NCBI GenBank assembly: GCA_003645455.1
Contig: QNFE01000003.1
Span: 1,442 to 65,441, forward strand
Direction: 5' to 3'
DNA from: Gammaproteobacteria bacterium
Lineage (GTDB): Bacteria > Pseudomonadota > Gammaproteobacteria > QNFE01
Length of the DNA: 64,000 nt
The notes below the pieces were generated by a model. It was not told the origin of the DNA, did no database searches, and saw only the letters and a list, made by a program, of their open reading frames with translations. Shown here one piece after another: positions 48,595 through 58,746 of this stretch. The translations under genes were made by a program, and so were the position numbers. Numbering within the stretch: the first letter of the stretch is position 1; every line of letters begins with the position of its first letter.

Positions 48595-49463
48595 CTGTTT
48601 TTAAAAGTTTCTTCAAAAATATTTGTTTTTAATTTTACCCATGTTTTTAAAAAAACCTTTTTATCAAAAAACTTTTCCAAAGATTGACGAGAATTTGTTG
48701 CAATTTGTTTTAATTTGCTACCATTTTTACCAATTATAATAGCCTTGTGATGTGTTTTTTCCACTAATATTACAGCTGATATTTTTACCATATTATTTTC
48801 TTCTATTATTTTTTCAATCTCAACCACTAATTGATAGGGCAGTTCTTGGTCTAATTGTTTTGTTAATTGCTCGCGAACGATTTCCGCACAAAGAAAATTG
48901 GTAGATTTATCTGTCAGCTCATCATTATTATAGATAAAATCAATTTTAGGTAAAAATGGTTGTATTTGATTTTTTAACAAGTCAATTGATATATTTTTTT
49001 TTGCAGATAAGGGTATAATTTGTGAAAAATTAAATAACTTATCTAATTTACTAATTTGCAACAACAGAACATTCTTATCTTTTATTAAGTCAATTTTTGT
49101 TAAAACCAACAAAACAGGAATATTTATTTTATGTTCAGTCATATGGTCTATAATTTTTTTATCTTCATTTGTAATTTTATTGGCTTGAATTAACAACAAC
49201 ACACAATCGACATCCTTTACGACAGATAGGGCAGTGCGATTTAATATTTGGTTAAATGTTTTAGTTTTCCCTAAATGAATTCCCGGTGTATCCATATAAA
49301 TGTATTGGCAAGTTTTTTGGGTATCTATTCCAATTATGTTGTCTCGTGTGGTTTGGACTTTTGATGCAGTTATCGATAATTTTGTTTTTAATATAGAGTT
49401 TAGAAGAGTTGACTTTCCTACATTTGGACGACCTATAATGGCAATAAACCCACACTGCTTCAT
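48591..49463 (-). CDS. era: GTPase Era
   Basis: GRPNVGKSTL, DTPG, KH-type IIIGKNGSKLK. Confidence 0.95.
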   Translation of the reverse strand: MKQCGFIAIIGRPNVGKSTLLNSILKTKLSITASKVQTTRDNIIGIDTQKTCQYIYMDTPGIHLGKTKTFNQILNRTALSVVKDVDCVLLLIQANKITNEDKKIIDHMTEHKINIPVLLVLTKIDLIKDKNVLLLQISKLDKLFNFSQIIPLSAKKNISIDLLKNQIQPFLPKIDFIYNNDELTDKSTNFLCAEIVREQLTKQLDQELPYQLVVEIEKIIEENNMVKISAVILVEKTHHKAIIIGKNGSKLKQIATNSRQSLEKFFDKKVFLKTWVKLKTNIFEETFKNR

Positions 49464-50140
49464 TTATTTTTTATCTCAATTAGGGCTTCTTTGGCAGCTT
49501 TTTGTTCTGCTTTTTTGCGGCTTTTATCACGACCACTTGTTTTTATTCTTAAGGATTCAATAAAGCAACCAACAATAAAGTCTTGTTCGTGTGCCATTCC
49601 TTCTGTTTTTAGTAATTCATATGAGGGTAAATCTAATTTTTGAGATTGCAGATATTCTTGTAATATTGTTTTGGAATCTTTGAGTGATTTTAGATCAGGA
49701 ACAGCATTCAATCTATTACGATACAGATTAACTATTACATTTTGAGTAGTATCCATATTATAATAACTATCGAGATATATGGCGCCTATTATAGCCTCCA
49801 AAGCATCAGCTAAGATAGATTCACAGCGGAAACCTCCTGATTTTTTCTCTCCACTACCGAGATATAAAAAATCTCCAAGATCTATTTTATTGGCTATTGC
49901 ACAAAGAGTTTCTTTGCGAACCATGCTAGCACGCAGACGAGATAACTCCCCTTCTTTTAAGTTTGTGTGTCGCTTATAAATTTCACTAGTAATGACAAAA
50001 TTTAAAATACTGTCTCCTAAAAATTCCAATCTCTCGTTGTTTGTTTGTGATGCACTACGATGAGTTATAGAATTCCTTAATAGTTCCAAACTATTAAAGC
50101 GGTATTTTAAATTTTTCTCTAATATTTCAACATTATTCAT
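49460..50140 (-). CDS. rnc: Ribonuclease III
   Basis: NNERLEFLGDSIL, ADALEAIIGA, dsRBD; start moved to ATG 50140. Confidence 0.95.
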   Translation of the reverse strand: MNNVEILEKNLKYRFNSLELLRNSITHRSASQTNNERLEFLGDSILNFVITSEIYKRHTNLKEGELSRLRASMVRKETLCAIANKIDLGDFLYLGSGEKKSGGFRCESILADALEAIIGAIYLDSYYNMDTTQNVIVNLYRNRLNAVPDLKSLKDSKTILQEYLQSQKLDLPSYELLKTEGMAHEQDFIVGCFIESLRIKTSGRDKSRKKAEQKAAKEALIEIKNK

Positions 50141-50166
50141 AATAAAAAATTTAAAAAAAAAGCATA

Positions 50167-50757
50167 TTATAACAAAATAGCAGGTAATTTTAAATTTTCT
50201 TTTGACAACATCGATATTAACCTTATCAGAGGTAGGCCCATAAGGGCAGTAGGGTCGTGTGATTCTATTGTTTTTAATAGACAAATACCTAATCCCTCCG
50301 ACTTGAAGCTACCAGCACAATTATATGGCTTTTCTGTAAATAAATAATTTTCTATTGTTTTTTTGCTATTGTTTCTAAAATGGACGATAGTTTCGATGTT
50401 TGCCACTTGAAAATTATTTGTTTTTGAGTTCAATAAACATATTCCTGAATGAAATTTAACACTGTTATTTGAAAAATTTGTCAACTGCTCTATCGCTTTT
50501 TGATGAGTCAGTGGTTTCCCTATAATTAAATCATTATAGGTTGCAACTTGATCGCCTCCAATGATTAAAGCATCTGTAAAATTTTTTTTTAAACTATCTG
50601 CTTTTTTTATACTTAGTCTTTGCACTAAATCTGATGCTTTTTCATATTTTAGTGGGGTTTCATCGCAGCATGGGGCAACAGCTTCAAAAGGTATTTGTAA
50701 TCTTTTTAATAAATTCTCTCGAATCTCTGATGTGGATGATAAGATAATTTTTTGCAT
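50167..50757 (-). CDS. Maf-family nucleotide pyrophosphatase (YceF-like)
   Basis: IILSSTS..R, DETP, IIGGDQV, CAGSFKSEGLG. Confidence 0.9.
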   Translation of the reverse strand: MQKIILSSTSEIRENLLKRLQIPFEAVAPCCDETPLKYEKASDLVQRLSIKKADSLKKNFTDALIIGGDQVATYNDLIIGKPLTHQKAIEQLTNFSNNSVKFHSGICLLNSKTNNFQVANIETIVHFRNNSKKTIENYLFTEKPYNCAGSFKSEGLGICLLKTIESHDPTALMGLPLIRLISMLSKENLKLPAILL

Positions 50758-50820
50758 TTTTTTTGTATTTTAATTATAAATTTGTTATTATACACTTTTT
50801 ATTTTTTATGGAAATTTAAT

Positions 50821-51012
50821 ATGAATCAACAGTATCGTGACACAACCACAAAAATGGAAGAAGCTGGTGTTAAAACTGACTACATAATAGGTTGGCAAGG
50901 TGGCTTTATGAAGCATCCAAAACGAGAAGAACAAAGACTTACCGAAGCCTATGAGGCAGGATACAATGACGGTTATGAGGGTAAAAATGAATCCTACGCT
51001 AACTGGTCGTAA
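50821..51012 (+). CDS. Alvin_2107-like sulfur globule oxidation protein
   Basis: KMEEAGV..DYIIGWQGGF..HPKREEQRLTEAYEAGY matches the family pattern as recalled. Confidence 0.7.
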   Translation: MNQQYRDTTTKMEEAGVKTDYIIGWQGGFMKHPKREEQRLTEAYEAGYNDGYEGKNESYANWS

Positions 51013-51535
51013 ATAAAATTTGTTTTAAAAAACTATAAATCTGCTTAATGTTATTGATATCTAACAAAGTCAAAGAGTTGGGTAGATTTATTTTATAATC
51101 ACTTGCCACCGCAATTATTTTTTTATCAATCCTGTATAACAATTCATTCTTTAACTCTTTTCTGTTTATTTCTATTTTAAGGTAATCTTCGTTTTTAAAG
51201 CCCTCAACAATAATTAAATCTAAATTATCCTGATTCAATCTGTTTAATTCGTCTTGCAAATTTGGTATATGTTCTTTTTTTCTATTAGCCATCATAACCC
51301 ACTTATATGGAGAACTCAACAAAACACAAGATGCTCCACAAGATCTGAGCTTATAACTATCTTTGCCAGGAATATCAATGTCAAAATTATGATGAGAACC
51401 TTTAATAACAGCAACATTTATGTTGTCATCATCAAACATTTTCAATAATTTACAAATGAGAGTAGTTTTTCCTGTGCCACTTTTGGCAACAAAACCAATA
51501 ATGGGTATTTTTTTCATATGATTAGGCATTTGCAT
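50999..51535 (-). CDS. mobB: Molybdopterin-guanine dinucleotide biosynthesis protein B
   Basis: SGTGKTTL, HHNFDIDIPGKDSY, IVEGFK. Confidence 0.92.
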   Translation of the reverse strand: MQMPNHMKKIPIIGFVAKSGTGKTTLICKLLKMFDDDNINVAVIKGSHHNFDIDIPGKDSYKLRSCGASCVLLSSPYKWVMMANRKKEHIPNLQDELNRLNQDNLDLIIVEGFKNEDYLKIEINRKELKNELLYRIDKKIIAVASDYKINLPNSLTLLDINNIKQIYSFLKQILFTTS

Positions 51536-51621
51536 AGTTTAACAAATAATACTTGCTAACAATACAATAATTTTATTTTAAATTTGTTAAAATATGCAAT
51601 ATCTAACAAGAAATTTTTTTA

Positions 51622-52854
51622 ATGACCAACACAACTCTTTTTATTATTTTATTTTTTTTAATAATTATTTCTGGATTCTTTTCAGGGTCTGAGACCGCTT
51701 TGATGAAAATTAACCGACACAGGTTAAAGTATCTAAAAAATAAAGGTCACAAAGCTGCAATAATTACCGAAAAACTACTGCAAAGAACAGATAAACTTAT
51801 CGGCATAATTCTGCTTGGCAATAATTTTGTCAATATATTAGCATCAGCTATTGCAACAATTATCGCAATGCGTATCTCAGGTGAGGGGGCAATTGCTATT
51901 GCAACCGGAACCCTAACCTTAGTTATTTTGATATTTGCCGAACTTGCCCCTAAAACTCTTGGAGCTCATCATCCTGAAAAATTTAGCTTTATATCAGCAT
52001 ACATTTATCGTATCTTGTTATTTGTTTTATACCCATTGATTTGGTTTATAAACCTAATTGCTAATAATTTATTAAAATTATTTGGAGTTAGTTTGGATGA
52101 TAAAAAAATTGATATAAGTCGCGATGAATTACGCAATATTGTCGAAGAAGCAAGTGGCAACAATCCTCATGATTATCTAACGATGCTGACAAATGTCATT
52201 GATTTGGAAAAAATTACTATTGATGATATAATGATTCCTCGCAACAAGATAATAGGTATAGATATCAACGAATCATGGCAAGAAAATGAGCAATTTATTG
52301 TGGATTCTCCATATATCCGGTTGCCAGTTTATTCTGACACCATCGATAATATCAAAGGCATAATACATTTAAAAACAATAATAAATTCACAAATTGACAA
52401 AAAAACTATCCTTGATAATTGTCGCGATCCAATATTTGCTCCTCAAAACACATCCCTCACCGATCAATTATTAAAATTTCAACTATTAAAAAGAAGAACT
52501 GCATTTGTTGTTGATGAATACGGTAGCATAGTAGGTCTTAGCACATTAGAGGATATCTTAGAGGAAATAGTGGGGGATTTTACCAATCAGAACTCCCATC
52601 AAACCAACAAAATAATAAAACAAAGTAAGGGCTCCTATGTAATAGATGCAAGCATCAGTTTGCGTTTATTGAATTCCAGCCTTGGATTGAAGCTCCCTTT
52701 GAACTCTGCTAAAACTCTCAATGGATATATTTTAGAATATTTGAAGGATATTCCTAAAAAAGGAGTGAGTTTTTTACTGCAAGATAACCCATTGGAGGTT
52801 ATGAGAATACAAAACAACCAAGTGCGAACAGTCAAGTTAATAAAAATAAAATGA
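51622..52854 (+). CDS. CNNM/CBS/CorC-domain membrane protein (YfjD-like)
   Basis: FFSGSETALM, ILLGNNFVN, CBS pair, VVDEYG..EDILEEIVG. Confidence 0.9.
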   Translation: MTNTTLFIILFFLIIISGFFSGSETALMKINRHRLKYLKNKGHKAAIITEKLLQRTDKLIGIILLGNNFVNILASAIATIIAMRISGEGAIAIATGTLTLVILIFAELAPKTLGAHHPEKFSFISAYIYRILLFVLYPLIWFINLIANNLLKLFGVSLDDKKIDISRDELRNIVEEASGNNPHDYLTMLTNVIDLEKITIDDIMIPRNKIIGIDINESWQENEQFIVDSPYIRLPVYSDTIDNIKGIIHLKTIINSQIDKKTILDNCRDPIFAPQNTSLTDQLLKFQLLKRRTAFVVDEYGSIVGLSTLEDILEEIVGDFTNQNSHQTNKIIKQSKGSYVIDASISLRLLNSSLGLKLPLNSAKTLNGYILEYLKDIPKKGVSFLLQDNPLEVMRIQNNQVRTVKLIKIK

Positions 52855-54215
52855 GCAAAGATAAGATTCAATATATTTGTAAAAATTGTCAAGCTACTGC
52901 AATAAAATGGTCAGGGCAATGCACAAAATGTCATAATTGGAATTGTTTAGAGCAAATCAAGGTTGCTCTTAATATGCCAGATAAAATGATTGCGACAAAC
53001 TATGCAGGATCTCAAAAACAAAGCGAGGTTATGTATTTATCACAAATAAAACCACAGCAACAAATTCGCAACACAACCAACATAAGTGAATTAGATCGTG
53101 TGCTCGGAGGTGGCTTGGTTATAGGATCGGTAGTTTTAATCGGTGGAGATCCTGGAATAGGAAAATCAACCCTTCTTTTGCAAGCTGCGATCAATCTTAG
53201 CACAACATACAAAGTTTTGTATATAACCGGAGAAGAATCTCTGCAACAGGTGTCACTTCGAAGTAAAAGATTAGAAATGCCCCCTAATGATTTGATGATT
53301 TTATGTGAGACAGGAATAGAGCATATCCAAGAGATAACAGCAAAACATCAACCGCAAGTTTTAGTTATTGATTCTATTCAAACTATATATAGTACCAACA
53401 TAAACTCATCTCCTGGTAGCGTATCACAGGTAAAAGAGTGCACAGCAGCATTGGTTCGTTTTGCCAAACAAACCCAAACATCAGTTTTTATCATAGGTCA
53501 TGTTACCAAAGAAGGAGCCATAGCAGGACCTAGAATTTTGGAGCACATGGTTGATACTGTTTTATATTTTGAAGGAGATAGCAACGCAAGGTTTCGTATT
53601 ATTCGCTGTGTTAAAAATCGCTTTGGGGCAGCTGATGAGATAGGTGTATTTGTGATGAGCGACAAGGGGCTTTTGCCTGTATCAAATCCATCTGCTATTT
53701 TTTTATCACAACACTCATCTGATGTATCAGGATCTGTTATAATGGTGACATATGAGGGAACAAGACCGCTATTGTTAGAGATTCAAGCCTTGGTTGATGT
53801 AGCATACGGTCAGACAAGAAGATTAACCTTGGGGCTTGATCACAATCGTTTAGCAATGTTGCTTGCAGTATTGCATCAACATACAGGGCTTGCTATGTTT
53901 GACCAAGATGTCTATATCAATATTGTAGGAGGAGTTAGAATAAATGAAACTGCGGCAGATTTAGCCGTAGTATGTGCCTGCATATCATCATTTAAAAAAA
54001 TAGCAATATCTAACAAAACTATTATTTTTGGCGAGATAGGTTTAGCAGGTGAAATTCGTCCTGTTCCAAATGGGGAGCAAAGATTACAAGAGGCATTAAA
54101 GCATGGTTATACACATGCTATAATACCACGAGCTAATCACCCAAAAAATAAAATAAAGAATATGAATATAGTATCTATAGATAGGCTGTCACAGGTTATA
54201 GACCACATATTGTAG
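52851..54215 (+). CDS. radA: DNA repair protein RadA
   Basis: C4 zinc finger, GDPGIGKSTLL, KNRFG, GEIGLAGEIR. Confidence 0.96.
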   Translation: MSKDKIQYICKNCQATAIKWSGQCTKCHNWNCLEQIKVALNMPDKMIATNYAGSQKQSEVMYLSQIKPQQQIRNTTNISELDRVLGGGLVIGSVVLIGGDPGIGKSTLLLQAAINLSTTYKVLYITGEESLQQVSLRSKRLEMPPNDLMILCETGIEHIQEITAKHQPQVLVIDSIQTIYSTNINSSPGSVSQVKECTAALVRFAKQTQTSVFIIGHVTKEGAIAGPRILEHMVDTVLYFEGDSNARFRIIRCVKNRFGAADEIGVFVMSDKGLLPVSNPSAIFLSQHSSDVSGSVIMVTYEGTRPLLLEIQALVDVAYGQTRRLTLGLDHNRLAMLLAVLHQHTGLAMFDQDVYINIVGGVRINETAADLAVVCACISSFKKIAISNKTIIFGEIGLAGEIRPVPNGEQRLQEALKHGYTHAIIPRANHPKNKIKNMNIVSIDRLSQVIDHIL

Positions 54216-54226
54216 ATATTGTCAAA

Positions 54227-55057
54227 TTAGTTATCAATATTAGCCTGTTTGGCTTGCATTATTATCCCAAAATAAGGGTGATCAAAATAATAATTCTCAC
54301 CTAATTCTATGGTTTGATTTTGTTGCAATCTATATATATTGGTTTTTTTAAAGTCAAGTTTTGCAAACCAACTATCCAAAAAATCTAAGGCTTTGATGTT
54401 GATAATTTGATCTAATTTTTTTGTAGGTTTTAACATAACAACGTCTACATAAAAAATAAATTTTTTTTTATCGTTATATTTCAATAGAATAGACCCATCA
54501 AATTCGTGTAATTTTTTAACATTATGACTATTATTGTCTTTGATTTGTCTTATGAATTCTGGGTGTAATTTATTTTGTTTTTCGTTTATAATTTTCATAA
54601 CAAACTGTTGTCTCCATTGTTGTTGTAAATCATCAAAGGCTATAATGCGAGTCTTGTTATATTTTATGTTGATAGCATTTAATATTCCAGTAGGGCTAAA
54701 AATTAGATGCTCCTTACCATTTGTTATTCTCACAGGGTTATTAACATCAACAACAGGCTGTATATAACTGATATATTTAATTATTTTGTATTTACCTTCG
54801 TTTGATTTTAATTTATCTAACACGTCTTTTAACAGGGTTGGTTGAGTTATTTTAAAGCCGTATTCTTCAAGTTTTTTTAGAGTAAAATATTGTTCTGTTT
54901 CAGGAATAGATGTGTTTTTATTATTGTCCGTATTCTTATTTTTAACAACATTTAAGTGTTTAAAAATAATTAATTCTACCTGTATATTATTTTTGTCGTC
55001 TGATATGGCAGGCATAGCATAAAATAGGGCAATGGCAAATATTATAAGTTTTTTCAT
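54227..55057 (-). CDS. CsiV-like peptidoglycan-binding protein
   Basis: Signal peptide; QVELIIF, EFDGSI, YYFDHPYFGII; downstream of mfd. Confidence 0.7.
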   Translation of the reverse strand: MKKLIIFAIALFYAMPAISDDKNNIQVELIIFKHLNVVKNKNTDNNKNTSIPETEQYFTLKKLEEYGFKITQPTLLKDVLDKLKSNEGKYKIIKYISYIQPVVDVNNPVRITNGKEHLIFSPTGILNAINIKYNKTRIIAFDDLQQQWRQQFVMKIINEKQNKLHPEFIRQIKDNNSHNVKKLHEFDGSILLKYNDKKKFIFYVDVVMLKPTKKLDQIINIKALDFLDSWFAKLDFKKTNIYRLQQNQTIELGENYYFDHPYFGIIMQAKQANIDN

Positions 55058-58000
55058 AGTTTAATTTTCTCTATAAGTGACACAATAAAGTTTATTTTTT
55101 CATCATCTGTGGCAAGTGTTTTGTTAAATTCTAACCTATTATTATTTTTTAATTTATATATTTCAGGTTTGTCGGCAATTAGTTTAATTAAATTTGTCAT
55201 ATTTATTTTAGGATTATTTAAAATTTCCATATAACCACCGTCCTCATTCAATTGCATAGTTTTTATATTCATATGTTGCAATTGTAACCTAATTTGAGTT
55301 TGAAAAATCAAGTTTTTTAATTGTTTTGGTAATAAACCAAATCTATCAATTAACTCTAATTGAATACCATATAGAGATTTTTTATCAACCGAAGCGGCAA
55401 TTTTTTTATAAAATACTAAACGTGTATTGATGTCAAAAATATAGGTCTCAGGGATCAGGGCAGGAATATCTATTTCAATACTGGTTTTTTTCTCATCCAT
55501 TAATAGGTTATCAAGATTAGTAACCTTGCCTGTTTTTAGGATTGCAATTGTTTTTTGCAATATTTCCAAATAAAGATTGTAACCTATCTGTTGCATCTGT
55601 CCGCTTTGCTCTTCGCCCAAGATTTCTCCTGCACCACGGATTTCCATATCGTGGCTTGCTAAGGTAAAACCTGCTCCGAGATTATGAGTTTTTTCTATTG
55701 CCTCTAATCTTTTGATGCCATTTTTTGTTATTAAATTTTTATCAGGTATCAGTAAATAAGCATAGGCTTGATGAGACGATCTACCGACTCGTCCTCGTAA
55801 TTGATGCAATTGTGCTAAGCCTAATTTATCAGCACGGTTGATTATAATAGTGTTAGCAGCTGCTATATCTATACCAGATTCAATAATAGTTGTTGCCACC
55901 AAAATATCAAATTTTTGCTCTGAAAACTCCATCATAACTCTCTCTAATTGAGTTTCGTTCATTTGTCCGTGGGCAAAATCAATCTTAGCATTTGGCAATA
56001 AAGAAGATAAGTTGCGACACATTTTGTTGATGGTTTGCACATTGTTATGCAAAAAATAAACCAAACCTCCTCTTGATATTTCACGATTTATAGCATCAAC
56101 GATAATGTTATCATCCCATTGAGTTATAAAAGTTTTTATCTCTAATCTCTCAGGAGGTGGCGAAGCAATTATAGACAATTCTTTTAGTCCTGATAGACCA
56201 AAATTCAATGTTCTAGGAATAGGGGTGGCAGTCATGGTTAGAATATCAATATTAAGCCGATAGGTTTTTAATTTTTCTTTATGACGAACTCCAAAACGAT
56301 GCTCCTCGTCAATAACAATAAGCCCTAGGTTTTTAAATTTATTATCACGACTTAATAATTTATGGGTACCAATAACAATATCCATCTCACCTGATAGCAT
56401 TTTTGCACGAATTTCTTTTGTTTGTTTGGTCGTAGAAAAACGCGATAAAGCTGCAATATTGATAGGGTGATTAGCAAATCTATCAATAAAACTTTCATGG
56501 TGTTGCATAGCAAGTAGAGTGGTGGGGACTAAAATTATAGTCTGTCTATCAGATCCTGCACAAATAAAAGCAGCTCTCATAGCAACTTCTGTTTTACCAA
56601 AACCTACATCTCCGCAGATAACTCGATCCATAGGTTGTTTTTTTGCCATATCATTTTCAATATCATAGATAGCTTTTGCCTGATCTGTTGTTTCAATAAA
56701 TTCAAACTCTCGAACAAATTTTTGATAAGATTTTTTATCAATTTTGTGGGAGAAGCCCTCTACCATCTGCCTTTTTGCATTCAATTCTAAAAGGGCAACC
56801 GCTGTATCGCGAATTTTTTTAGTGGCTTTTTTTTTCTCTTTTTCCCATCTGTTATTACCTAAACTATGCAAAGGAGCATTTTCAGAGCTTGTTCCAGTAT
56901 AACGAGAAATCAGATTTAAATTAGCAACCGGGATATAAAGATAAGATTCGTTAGCAAAATTAAGCTTAATAAACTCCGTCTGGCTGTTTTTTAAAAATAA
57001 CCCCAATCCACCAAAACGAGAAATGCCATAATCCATATGAACCAGAGCATCACCCAGATTCAAATCTTCTAAATTGTTAATAATATTGCCTGAATATGTA
57101 TTTTTTTGTTGGGTTTTGCTGTCAATAATAGCTTTATATTTAGTTAATGTATCATCACAGATAATAGATGTATCTATTTGTTTTAATAGATAATTATAAT
57201 TTGATGACGGTGCGACAATTAATTTTATTCTGCTGTTATTTTCTTTGAGTTGTTGATATGTTTCACAAAGAGTGGAATCTATTGCAAAGTCAGATAGGGC
57301 ATCTTGAATAATTAAAGCCTTGCCTGCTGAATGACAGGTGATAATAATTGATCCTGTGTGTGTTTGGGAATAAGCAACAAAAGATTTAATAGCATTTTTA
57401 TCAATTTTAGAATAGTTAAATTTATCAATAACTTGCAGTGTTTTTTTGAGAGGTTTTTTGTCTTCGGTAAAATAATAATTTTCTTTACTTTCTATTGTTT
57501 TTTTTATCGTTGCAGGGTCAAGATAAAGCTGTGAAACATCTAAAATAGGTTTATTTTTTTCTGTTAAATAAGCATATCTGCTATGACATATCTTAAAAAA
57601 ATCATCCATACTCTGCATAGATTTATCAAAAACAAAAGTTGCATAATTCTCAGGTAAATAATTAAATATAGTTGCCATCTCTTTGAAAAACAAAGGAATA
57701 TAATATTCAACTCCTGCGAATGTTTTGCCCTCCGATATTTTTTCATACATTGTATCAGAGCGGTAGGTGGGGAACTTTAAACGATAATTGTTACGAAAAA
57801 AATCAATGGAGTTGTCGTCCAATAAAAACTCTTTGGCAGGCAAAACTTCTATTTTATCAATTTTTTCAATAGTTCGTTGGTCAGATGTAGCAAAAATTCT
57901 AATAGATTCAATCTCATTATCAAATAACTCAATCCTAAAAGGATTTTTAGCAGCCATGGGATACAAATCAATAATTGATCCACGAATAGCATATTCTCCG

Positions 58001-58473
58001 TGTTTTTCTACCTGTGATACTCGGGTCCACATCATCTGTTCTAATTGAGATTTTAAATCATCTATATCCAATATATCGTTGTTTTTTAAAAGAAATACAT
58101 TTGATTTCAAAAAATTACTGGGAACTATTTTTTGCATTAAAACATTTGCAGTTATGATTAAAAAACCTTTTTTAATTGTTGGTAACCTATATAGGGTTTT
58201 AAGTCTTTGGGAAATAATTTGATTAAAAGGAGAAAAGCCATCATATGGCAGAGTTTCATAATCAGCAAAATGCATAATGTTAGTGTCATCTACATCTGTC
58301 ATAACAAACTTTAAAGTTTTTTCTAAATCAGTTGCATGTTTTTTGTCGCTACATATCAATAAGCAAAATTTTTTCTCGTTTTTATTTTTTTGCATAAAAT
58401 GCTTTAACATCAAAGATGTGGCATATAAAGGCACAGCAGGATTTATAGGTTTTAAAGCAAAATCAAAACTCAT
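55054..58473 (-). CDS. mfd: Transcription-repair coupling factor
   Basis: ETLPYD, CGDVGFGKTEVAMRA, DEEHRFG, QLRGRVGRS. Confidence 0.96.
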   Translation of the reverse strand: MSFDFALKPINPAVPLYATSLMLKHFMQKNKNEKKFCLLICSDKKHATDLEKTLKFVMTDVDDTNIMHFADYETLPYDGFSPFNQIISQRLKTLYRLPTIKKGFLIITANVLMQKIVPSNFLKSNVFLLKNNDILDIDDLKSQLEQMMWTRVSQVEKHGEYAIRGSIIDLYPMAAKNPFRIELFDNEIESIRIFATSDQRTIEKIDKIEVLPAKEFLLDDNSIDFFRNNYRLKFPTYRSDTMYEKISEGKTFAGVEYYIPLFFKEMATIFNYLPENYATFVFDKSMQSMDDFFKICHSRYAYLTEKNKPILDVSQLYLDPATIKKTIESKENYYFTEDKKPLKKTLQVIDKFNYSKIDKNAIKSFVAYSQTHTGSIIITCHSAGKALIIQDALSDFAIDSTLCETYQQLKENNSRIKLIVAPSSNYNYLLKQIDTSIICDDTLTKYKAIIDSKTQQKNTYSGNIINNLEDLNLGDALVHMDYGISRFGGLGLFLKNSQTEFIKLNFANESYLYIPVANLNLISRYTGTSSENAPLHSLGNNRWEKEKKKATKKIRDTAVALLELNAKRQMVEGFSHKIDKKSYQKFVREFEFIETTDQAKAIYDIENDMAKKQPMDRVICGDVGFGKTEVAMRAAFICAGSDRQTIILVPTTLLAMQHHESFIDRFANHPINIAALSRFSTTKQTKEIRAKMLSGEMDIVIGTHKLLSRDNKFKNLGLIVIDEEHRFGVRHKEKLKTYRLNIDILTMTATPIPRTLNFGLSGLKELSIIASPPPERLEIKTFITQWDDNIIVDAINREISRGGLVYFLHNNVQTINKMCRNLSSLLPNAKIDFAHGQMNETQLERVMMEFSEQKFDILVATTIIESGIDIAAANTIIINRADKLGLAQLHQLRGRVGRSSHQAYAYLLIPDKNLITKNGIKRLEAIEKTHNLGAGFTLASHDMEIRGAGEILGEEQSGQMQQIGYNLYLEILQKTIAILKTGKVTNLDNLLMDEKKTSIEIDIPALIPETYIFDINTRLVFYKKIAASVDKKSLYGIQLELIDRFGLLPKQLKNLIFQTQIRLQLQHMNIKTMQLNEDGGYMEILNNPKINMTNLIKLIADKPEIYKLKNNNRLEFNKTLATDDEKINFIVSLIEKIKL

Positions 58474-58594
58474 ACAACTAAACAAAAAAGAAAAAATTAT
58501 AGGTATTGTAAACCAAAACTAAAACCAATATTCAATTATTAACAAAACCATAAGATTCTAAGTTTGTTATAATGTTATTCATAACTAACAAATA

Positions 58595-58622
58595 ACTTCG
58601 CATAATGTATATTATGTTAAAT
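58595..58622 (+). other. dif site (XerC/XerD)
   Basis: acttcgcataa-tgtata-ttatgttaaat; XerD arm and spacer identical to E. coli dif GGTGCGCATAA-TGTATA-TTATGTTAAAT. Confidence 0.9.
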
Positions 58623-58746
58623 TACATAAAATAATAGATGGCAGCAATTTGACAGGATACATATGGGAGTGATTTTCTTGTTGGGGACGATTTATGGATG
58701 AGGAATAAAAAATATGGTTTTTTTATGGTTTTTTTGAAGTTTGTTA

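Noticed and set aside
58592..58622. loxP-like site (18 of the first 19 nt match loxP)
   Set aside because: The right arm is the XerD box TTATGTTAAAT, not the loxP inverted arm; dif explains it
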